DNA from: Acholeplasmataceae bacterium
GTDB lineage: Bacteria > Bacillota_I > Bacilli_A > Acholeplasmatales > Acholeplasmataceae
Assembly: GCA_963667565.1 (NCBI GenBank)
Contig: OY763415.1
Location: forward strand, 1,248,001 to 1,312,000
Direction of reading: 5' to 3'
DNA length: 64,000 bases
Shown in pieces: positions 56,653 to 64,000 of the stretch; position 1 is the first letter of the stretch, and every line of letters starts with the position of its first letter. Both the position numbers and the translations under genes were made by a program. A model generated the notes under the pieces. That model was given only the letters and a program-made list of their open reading frames with translations, was not told the DNA's origin and made no database searches.

Positions 56653-58685
56653 TTGGCAATCAACTCCTTAATAATACCGATGATAAAATCGAGTAATTGT
56701 TGAGATAAAATACTGATAATTAAATATAAGATAATGATAATAATCATCACAAATAATGTTAACAATAAATTACCAATGAGCTCAGAGAACTTAAAGTTAT
56801 TCAAATCTTTTAAGATGATTAACAATAAAATAACTGACCATGAAATCATAATCATATATCCAAAATTAATGATAAATGCTTCGTTATAAGTCATAAAATT
56901 ACTTAAAATGTCTAAAGGAATCTTAAACACAAAGAAAGGAATGAATGCAACAATCGTTCCAATAAAAATATCGCGATAGAATGCTTCACCGTTTTGTAAT
57001 GTAGATATTAAGTAATTTGCAAGACCAAATAATAATAAAGGTACTGACCATTTTAAGACTTCATATGTAAAGACCATATCTTTGATATCGGCTCTAAATA
57101 AGAATCCTTTGATATAGTAGTTACTAAGAATGTTGATAAGAATAAATGCTATATAGAGTCCTATGGCAGTCCTTACCCTTATTTTTTGTTTAAATTTTAT
57201 GTCATAAACTGTGTCAATTGGATGCTTAAATAAATTGAGTATGAGTTTTAATTCTTGAATCAGTTTATAATTTCCTAATTTTTGATTAAATGTTTGTTTT
57301 CTTTCAATATAACCATCATATGCTTTTGTTTTAGAAAACACTTTATATGCAACTGCAACCGATGCAATTGTAATAAAAATCCATAATAAATTAGTTGATA
57401 TCCAAGCATCTCTAACTTCCCAATATGCTGTTGAATAACCCTCTTTATTATTTGCAATACGGTATGAAGATAATGCTTGTTCAAAATCTTCATTACGTTC
57501 ATAGTATTTTCCAAGTCTAGAATGTGCTAAGGCAAATAAACTGTTTTGTCTAATGATTTCTTGGAAATAAACAGCACTTTCATCATATTTACCAATACGA
57601 TAAAGTTCAATACCAGTAAGTACTGATGATGCAAATTCAGTTTTTGAAAACACTTGAACATTATTTCCATTACCATCAAGTACCCAAATATCACCATAAT
57701 GGTCAACAGCGATACCTGTCACACCGGCAAATTCACCAATACGCATACTGTTAATTTCTTGACTACCAAATTTAAATAATAAGTTACCAAAACTATCATG
57801 AACACCAATAACACCTCTTGTTTCGGTGCCTTGACTTACTGTATAAATGTTACCAAATTCATCAACTGTGATATCTTCATAGTTAGGATCAATCACTGAA
57901 ATACCATCAAGGATGTTATTCCCTTCAATATTTAACTTTTTAAGAGGAGTTGAATACTCATTTTTAATGACAGTATATACAATCCCTTGTTTGTCAATTG
58001 AAATGTTAGTGGTTGATTTTGGTGTAAGTGATGCAAATTGTTCTTTTTGTTCTGCACTCATTAATGCTCTTCTGATTAAGAGTTGAATCGTAATGTCTAC
58101 TTTATTAATACCAAAAAAACCTAAAAAAGCACCTGATGAATCAAGTTGGATAATACCATTAATTCCTGCTTCACTAACAACATAAACATTGCCTCTTAAA
58201 TCCACTGCAACTTTTCTTGGCTCATAAATGGAGGCATCGCCAAATAATGGCTCTGTAGGTCTGCCTATTTGTTGAATGAGCTCATGCGCTTGATTAAAGA
58301 CTAGGACCATATTTGAAGTCGCATCTGCTACGTATATAATCCCTTCATCTGTGACAAATAATCCTGTTGGTTCTTGTAATAAACTATGTGTAATTTCATC
58401 AGATTCAGTTGTTTCTATGTTATATATATAAATTCTTGAATTTCCAGTATCTGCAACATAAACCAAATCATCTTTAATAAAAATGTCTTCAGGATTTTGA
58501 AATCCCTTATTTAATACAAAAGTACCTTCATATGCGTTTGCTGTTCTAACAAACTCACCATCGCTACCCATAGTATATGTTGAATATGGTACGTTTGATA
58601 TGTCAGTAAGTCCATAAACATTTAGATTCACAGTTAATAAGACCGTGACAATCAACACCATGATGATACGTTTTAACCATTTCAT
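56649..58685 (-). CDS. NHL beta-propeller + TPR-like + YIP1 membrane domain fusion
   Basis: PEDIFI..VYVADTGNSRI, PTGLFV..IYVAD, PRKVAVD..GNVYV; YSTAYWEVR; HPIDTVYDIK; 5 C-terminal TM helices. Confidence 0.8.
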   Translation of the reverse strand: MKWLKRIIMVLIVTVLLTVNLNVYGLTDISNVPYSTYTMGSDGEFVRTANAYEGTFVLNKGFQNPEDIFIKDDLVYVADTGNSRIYIYNIETTESDEITHSLLQEPTGLFVTDEGIIYVADATSNMVLVFNQAHELIQQIGRPTEPLFGDASIYEPRKVAVDLRGNVYVVSEAGINGIIQLDSSGAFLGFFGINKVDITIQLLIRRALMSAEQKEQFASLTPKSTTNISIDKQGIVYTVIKNEYSTPLKKLNIEGNNILDGISVIDPNYEDITVDEFGNIYTVSQGTETRGVIGVHDSFGNLLFKFGSQEINSMRIGEFAGVTGIAVDHYGDIWVLDGNGNNVQVFSKTEFASSVLTGIELYRIGKYDESAVYFQEIIRQNSLFALAHSRLGKYYERNEDFEQALSSYRIANNKEGYSTAYWEVRDAWISTNLLWIFITIASVAVAYKVFSKTKAYDGYIERKQTFNQKLGNYKLIQELKLILNLFKHPIDTVYDIKFKQKIRVRTAIGLYIAFILINILSNYYIKGFLFRADIKDMVFTYEVLKWSVPLLLFGLANYLISTLQNGEAFYRDIFIGTIVAFIPFFVFKIPLDILSNFMTYNEAFIINFGYMIMISWSVILLLIILKDLNNFKFSELIGNLLLTLFVMIIIIILYLIISILSQQLLDFIIGIIKELIAK

Positions 58686-58696
58686 ATCATCACCTC

Positions 58697-59557
58697 TTAT
58701 TTCATACCAGAGTGACTCATTGTATTCATCACTCGGCTTTGCATTAATATAAACACGATCAAGTTAGGTAAGAACATGATTAAAGTCGCAGCAGCACCTA
58801 TACCAGCTGCAGCAACACTGTTTGATGCATTTGTTAATGTCGACATATAAAAAGCAAATGTTTGTTTTATCTCATCATTAACAAATAAAGTAGATGTTTC
58901 AACATTATTCCATGTTGCTTGGAAGCTTAAAATTGCAACGGTTGCAATCGCAGGCATCGCAAGTGGAACAATGATTTTAATATAAATGTAGAAATCACCA
59001 GCGCCATCCATTTTAGCTGCGTCAATGAGTTCATCTGGAATTTGATCAATAAATTGCTTCACTAAAAATAGTCCAACAGGTATTGCAATCATGGGTAGAA
59101 CATGTGCTGCCATCGTATCGATAATACCTATTTTTGTAATGACTAAAAATCTAGGAATCGTAACAGCAATTGGAACGAACATAAGCGCTAACTTATTGAT
59201 TTCAAATAGTGCTTTTTTACCTCTAAATTTTTTCTTAGATAAAATATAGCCTGCCATTGAACTAAATAAAACACTTAAGAACACAACTGAAAATGTCACT
59301 ATAAGTGAATTAACTATAAACTTCATAACAGGAAGTCCATAACCGACAAATACGAATAAATCCTTAAAGTTTTTGATTGTTGGTCTTTGAACAAAAAATC
59401 TTGGAGGAAACGCAAATAATTCATCAATAGGTTTAAATGCAGTTGAAAAAATGTATACAATTGGGAGTGCCATAAAAATCGCGAATGGCAACAAGATTGC
59501 ATAGAATTTCACTTGTGATTTATGAAATTTTCGTGGATTAAAATTAATACCTAACAT
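58697..59557 (-). CDS. Carbohydrate ABC permease (MalG-like)
   Basis: [40 protein letters not shown]. Confidence 0.92.
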   Translation of the reverse strand: MLGINFNPRKFHKSQVKFYAILLPFAIFMALPIVYIFSTAFKPIDELFAFPPRFFVQRPTIKNFKDLFVFVGYGLPVMKFIVNSLIVTFSVVFLSVLFSSMAGYILSKKKFRGKKALFEINKLALMFVPIAVTIPRFLVITKIGIIDTMAAHVLPMIAIPVGLFLVKQFIDQIPDELIDAAKMDGAGDFYIYIKIIVPLAMPAIATVAILSFQATWNNVETSTLFVNDEIKQTFAFYMSTLTNASNSVAAAGIGAAATLIMFLPNLIVFILMQSRVMNTMSHSGMK

Positions 59558-59568
59558 GTCGCCCCTCC

Positions 59569-60540
59569 TCAATCATCATCTCGTAAAATTCTTTGGAAGA
59601 ATTTAGAGAAAGCTAGTATTAGTAATAAAAGTAAGACTGATAATGCGGCTGCTACACCCATTTCAGAACGAAGAATACCATAATCTTCAATATGGTTTAT
59701 AATCATTTGTCCAGAGTTTTGAGGTGTTGGGTTTGCACCAGATAATGCAACACCAATTGCACCTGCTGAAAAAGTCCCAACAATGCTCATCACAGCAGAG
59801 AATAACATTTGTTTTTTAATCGCTGGAATGGTGATATAAAAAATTTCTTGAAATCTATTTCTAAGTCCATCAATATATGCAGCTTCATATAATTCTTTGT
59901 TAACATTAAGTAGTCCAGCTAAGATTGCTAAAAATCCGACACCCATTGAACTCCAAAGTGTAACTAAAATCATAATTGGCATTAGATAATCAGGGTTTTG
60001 TAAAAACTGCATGGGTTCATTAAGTAAACTTAATCTTAACAAGAATGAGTTAATGATCCCTTGTTCATCACCAGAGAAGATAATCTTCCAAACAACTGCT
60101 ATAGCTACACCTGCAGTCATCGATGGTGAATAAATGATAAGCGCTAAAACTGTTCTCATCTTAGGCGTGATTTGTGATAATGCCCATGCTAATAAGAAGC
60201 TAAGTGCATATCCGCCTGGCCCTACGATGAAACTAAATAATAACGTATTAGGAAGAACAGTCTTCATAAACACGTCATCTTCAGTCAATATGTAAATATA
60301 GTTATCAATTCCGTTGAATTTAGGAAATTCAATCCCATTAAAATATGTAAAACTTAATAGGAATGCAATCACAACTGGAATGACAATAAACACTACAAAC
60401 ATCAGCACATACGGTGCTAAAAAAATGTATGTTGTACGATTACCTTTCTCCATGAAATTGATAATTTTAGTCCAAATCGAGTCTAAAAATTTCATCACAT
60501 GTTTTAAAGCTGTAGAGAGTTTAAGTTGCAAAGTTTTCAT
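59569..60540 (-). CDS. Carbohydrate ABC permease (MalF-like)
   Basis: [31 protein letters not shown]. Confidence 0.92.
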   Translation of the reverse strand: MKTLQLKLSTALKHVMKFLDSIWTKIINFMEKGNRTTYIFLAPYVLMFVVFIVIPVVIAFLLSFTYFNGIEFPKFNGIDNYIYILTEDDVFMKTVLPNTLLFSFIVGPGGYALSFLLAWALSQITPKMRTVLALIIYSPSMTAGVAIAVVWKIIFSGDEQGIINSFLLRLSLLNEPMQFLQNPDYLMPIMILVTLWSSMGVGFLAILAGLLNVNKELYEAAYIDGLRNRFQEIFYITIPAIKKQMLFSAVMSIVGTFSAGAIGVALSGANPTPQNSGQMIINHIEDYGILRSEMGVAAALSVLLLLLILAFSKFFQRILRDDD

Positions 60541-63473
60541 GAATCTTCACCCTCCATCCATGCGATAACGTCTTCTCTTGTTGTAATAATATAAGGTTTA
60601 ATGATGTTGCCATCTTTATCAATATATCCAAATTCTTGATATTTACGTTCAAGTTCTCGTTTAATGAGCAAGACTGCATCATCAACGGCACTCCTCACAT
60701 CAACCCCATCAAAGACGACCGAGTTCCATACATTAGACAATTCACGTTCTAATTTGTATCCACCTGGTACTTTTGGTACTTCATGTAAATAACTCCATTG
60801 TTCAAGAATCACATCAATATGTTCTTGAGGGATAGGTAGTGTCTTAAACGCTTCTAAATTAGCTGAATTCCATAAGAATCCATCACCATATGTTACTAAA
60901 AGATTATAGATAAATTGTGTTTGAGTTTCTGTACTCATCCACCATTCTAATAACTTCCATGCTTCTTCTTTATGTTGGCTTTTTTCAAATATGATACTTG
61001 ATTGAGCAGCTCCAGTATTGTCTCTATTGATCACACCTGGAGAAATCTCATGACCGGGAGCAAGTGCAATATCCCATTGATTAGATATTTCAGGCGCTGC
61101 AAAGGTCAATTGAACATAGGTATTGAAACTACTAAGACCAATAGGAATTGATGCTTCTCTAAATGCATTATAGAAGTTTGGTGTTTGTAACGCTAAACTA
61201 TAAACGGTATACAAATCGACCATCGTATTAATACCTTCCATAGCTTTTTCTGAATCAATATTGACATCAAATCCATCTTGAGAATACATGGTTTCACCAA
61301 ATTGATAAATAAATGGTGACGTTGCTGAAAAAGGTTTTAATGCACTATCGCCAGATAAAGGAAGATAATAATTCATACCATAACGTTGCAATGTAGGTAG
61401 AATACCTTCTATCTCTTCATAGGTATTAGGAACATCAAGGTTTAAAGCATCCATAATATCCTTACGATAATAAGTCACTTGGAAATCTTGTGTTTCTGGT
61501 AAACCATAAACTTTTTGATCATGAATCATATTTAAAAATGATCCCGGAGCAAAATTCTTGATCACTTCATTAAATGTATCAAATTGTCGCATATCAGTTG
61601 CTGCACCACGTAAACCTAATTCATAAGGTAACCAAGCACTAACACCTAGTGCCATATCTGGTTGTGTGTCTGCAGCATTTGCTAAAATTAATTTTTGTTC
61701 ATTAGGCATGACTGAATACTTAACTTTAATCCCTGTATCATGAGTAAAAGTCGCATCTGTCATTTGTTGCATCATTGAAATGTAATATCTTGAGCGATTA
61801 ACCCAAATTTCAATATCATAATCATCAGTTGCTTTAAAGTTGCTTGCAGCTTGATAGATTTGCATACTTGCAATCCATTCACTTCCAAAGAAAACAGATG
61901 GTTTTGGAACACTTACATCTTCAGAATGGATATATAATTTATCCAATCTTAATGGTTGATCTATAAGTTCAGTGTTTACTATACTTAAAATTTGTGAAAG
62001 TGAATTCGTTCCCGTTGATAACATGTAAGTTTGATGAGGTATTTCATTAATATCTGATTTTAAGACAAACAGTTTTTGTAATCCTAATTCCAATTGCTTA
62101 GCGATTTCTGTTGATTTTTTATCATTTGTCGCAAGCATTTGAATATGTGTATAAATTTGATCTAAATCATTATACCAAGTATCAAACAATTGTTGTGTTT
62201 CAGGAATGAAAGATGCAATATCCCATTCTCTATTTTGATCAGTTTCGCCACCAGTAAGTTTTTTTAATTGAATACTATACGCTGTAATCTCTTCAATGAT
62301 TTGTTGAATACGTTCATAATCATTTTTATAACTACTTGCATCAGCTTCTAATGTAATACTGTTGATGCCAGTTTCAAAATAAAATCTAAAGTTGCCTTCA
62401 TCATTATGTAATGTTTCATTTTCCCATGCACTAGTATACGAAAAATCATATCCACTCATATCACTAAATGGTATGTCATGATTGATATATATATTTCTAA
62501 ATACATCTCTATTATCGTAATATGCATTTTTATATTTTAAGGTTATGTTGTAATAACCAGATTGTTCAACGTTAAAATAATACGTTAATTGATTACCCAC
62601 TTCATTAAATGAATCACCAATGACATTTAAATAATTTAATTCACTATTAAATGGTGAAACAGAAGGTGACTTAACCATTTCTGGAATAACAGAAATATTA
62701 TTTTTAAATGTATATTCTTCTGCTTCTAAAGTAATGAGTTCATTTTGTGCAGGTGTGCTTTGCGTTAAATCAAGGTAATTTTGATAGTCCATATAACGCT
62801 TAGCTTCATAAATCTTTAAATCACCAAGATAAAAAACACCTTGTTCTCTTGTTAAGGTGATTGTGTTCTCCCCTTGATTAAGTGAAATAAGTAATGGATA
62901 TTGATCCATAAATAATTGATCTCTTAATAGGGTTTCATTCCAAATAGTATAAGGTACATTTTGATCATATACTTGATTGTTATATGTGTCAAAAGAAAGT
63001 TCATTGCCTTCTCTTGCCCATTGTGTCAATAATCTAATGTTTTTATATGCGTCTTGTGTGACATCATTAACCGCTAATGTGATTTCATCAGGTTTAACCG
63101 AATCATCGTTTGATAGTACATCAAATGATACATAATAATCCCCAGCTACATCAACATTAAAGGTAAAATCAATTTGATCTTGTACATCTTCTGTCCAATT
63201 TAAGACTTTAGATCCATAGTCAAAATTATCTTCAGTTAACGAAATACCACTTGCACTATCTACTAATTCTTCCATTCCAAATCGATAGTCATATGTCACT
63301 AAATTCGATTCTTGAATAAAAGGATATGGGGGGTAAGCTGTGTTACCCCCCATACTATCTACATTTACATTAATAAACTTCGATAATATGAATAGTAGAG
63401 CAAAAACACCTATAATTGAACCGAATATAATTAATACAGTTTTTTTAAGTATGTTGTTTGCTGCCATATCCAT
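60537..63473 (-). CDS. Large membrane-anchored solute-binding protein with N-terminal CBM-like beta-sandwich domains
   Basis: N-terminal [26 protein letters not shown] beta domains; C-terminal SBP ([30 protein letters not shown]). Confidence 0.82.
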   Translation of the reverse strand: MDMAANNILKKTVLIIFGSIIGVFALLFILSKFINVNVDSMGGNTAYPPYPFIQESNLVTYDYRFGMEELVDSASGISLTEDNFDYGSKVLNWTEDVQDQIDFTFNVDVAGDYYVSFDVLSNDDSVKPDEITLAVNDVTQDAYKNIRLLTQWAREGNELSFDTYNNQVYDQNVPYTIWNETLLRDQLFMDQYPLLISLNQGENTITLTREQGVFYLGDLKIYEAKRYMDYQNYLDLTQSTPAQNELITLEAEEYTFKNNISVIPEMVKSPSVSPFNSELNYLNVIGDSFNEVGNQLTYYFNVEQSGYYNITLKYKNAYYDNRDVFRNIYINHDIPFSDMSGYDFSYTSAWENETLHNDEGNFRFYFETGINSITLEADASSYKNDYERIQQIIEEITAYSIQLKKLTGGETDQNREWDIASFIPETQQLFDTWYNDLDQIYTHIQMLATNDKKSTEIAKQLELGLQKLFVLKSDINEIPHQTYMLSTGTNSLSQILSIVNTELIDQPLRLDKLYIHSEDVSVPKPSVFFGSEWIASMQIYQAASNFKATDDYDIEIWVNRSRYYISMMQQMTDATFTHDTGIKVKYSVMPNEQKLILANAADTQPDMALGVSAWLPYELGLRGAATDMRQFDTFNEVIKNFAPGSFLNMIHDQKVYGLPETQDFQVTYYRKDIMDALNLDVPNTYEEIEGILPTLQRYGMNYYLPLSGDSALKPFSATSPFIYQFGETMYSQDGFDVNIDSEKAMEGINTMVDLYTVYSLALQTPNFYNAFREASIPIGLSSFNTYVQLTFAAPEISNQWDIALAPGHEISPGVINRDNTGAAQSSIIFEKSQHKEEAWKLLEWWMSTETQTQFIYNLLVTYGDGFLWNSANLEAFKTLPIPQEHIDVILEQWSYLHEVPKVPGGYKLERELSNVWNSVVFDGVDVRSAVDDAVLLIKRELERKYQEFGYIDKDGNIIKPYIITTREDVIAWMEGEDS

Positions 63474-63487
63474 CCTCCAGAGAAATT

Positions 63488-64000
63488 TTATTCGTTAATT
63501 GCTTGTGCTAATTCTAATTGAGCTTTAACGAATTCGTAATTGATTAAGTTTTCTAATTCTTGAGTCATATAATCAGAATATACGATCTTACCAAATTGAG
63601 CATCCCATAATAAGTCACCAATTGATAATGTTGAACCTGGAGCATTATTAGGTCTTGAGATTGTTGCATCAATACCAGTGTTATAAGTATATCTTGCTTC
63701 TGTGAAACCAGGAACGAATTTATTACCTTCTACTAATACTGTAACTGTACCAGCTGCAGCAGCTTCGAAAATTTCTTGTACACCAGCTACTGGATAGTTA
63801 TCAAACCATGCATCAATAACTGATTGAACATTACTCATAGGAAGACCAGAAATCGCTAATGAAACTTCACCATTTGCAGTATCTGGAACTGCATTTTCAA
63901 CGATATCAAACATTGCATTTAATCCATCAGTACCAAATGTTAACCATTTAGCAACTTCATATGCAGCTTGTTTATCAGCAGCAGTTTTACTAATACCTAA
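63488..64000 (-). CDS. Sugar ABC solute-binding protein, C-terminal part (5' end outside the window)
   Basis: Frame is open to the window edge: LGISKTAADKQAAYEVAKWLTFGTDG...KFVPGF, a typical SBP C-terminus. Confidence 0.7.
   Translation of the reverse strand, partial: LGISKTAADKQAAYEVAKWLTFGTDGLNAMFDIVENAVPDTANGEVSLAISGLPMSNVQSVIDAWFDNYPVAGVQEIFEAAAAGTVTVLVEGNKFVPGFTEARYTYNTGIDATISRPNNAPGSTLSIGDLLWDAQFGKIVYSDYMTQELENLINYEFVKAQLELAQAINE

Noticed and set aside
47242..57514. Short nested ORFs (47242-47484, 48626-48910, 51684-51965, 54096-54290, 57275-57514)
   Set aside because: Entirely inside long, well-supported CDSs; no RBS or motifs
1..64000. rRNA, tRNA, CRISPR, prophage, IS and defence systems
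   Set aside because: None recognised; intergenic spaces are short and mostly explained by promoters, terminators and small ORFs. A covariance-model scan would be needed to exclude small ncRNAs.

Overview
AT-rich bacterial chromosomal segment using genetic code 11 (TGA is stop), with most genes on the minus strand. Gene content (lipoprotein-anchored glycoside hydrolases, GGAGG RBSs, TGn-extended sigma-A promoters, a GGDEF-EAL protein) suggests a free-living Acholeplasma/Izemoplasma-like Mollicute or a related low-GC Firmicute; this is inference. In order, the window holds: (1) branched-chain amino acid catabolism (leucine dehydrogenase plus 2-oxoacid:ferredoxin oxidoreductase); (2) an esterase, a GGDEF-EAL protein, an RsmF-type methyltransferase and a MarR/MFS pair; (3) a sucrose-type locus (LacI, ABC importer, amylosucrase, GH32, fructokinase, GH13_31); (4) an rlmD to GH3 to PNP gene string; (5) a heliorhodopsin, flanked by three predicted membrane lipid hydrolase/acyltransferase genes and three small single-TM ORFs missing from the ORF track, two of which are tandem paralogues; (6) a DEAD-box helicase, PadR/DUF1700/DUF4097 and a NatAB-like exporter; (7) a roughly 20 kb beta-1,2-glucan utilisation locus (GH144, GH94 SOGP-type phosphorylase, GH3, frameshifted LacI, orphan anSME, convergent GH35) fed by a multi-component ABC importer with DUF5696-like and NHL-YIP1 accessory proteins. 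I saw no rRNA, tRNA, CRISPR array, transposase or phage genes. All family calls come from motif recognition by eye; no database search was run.
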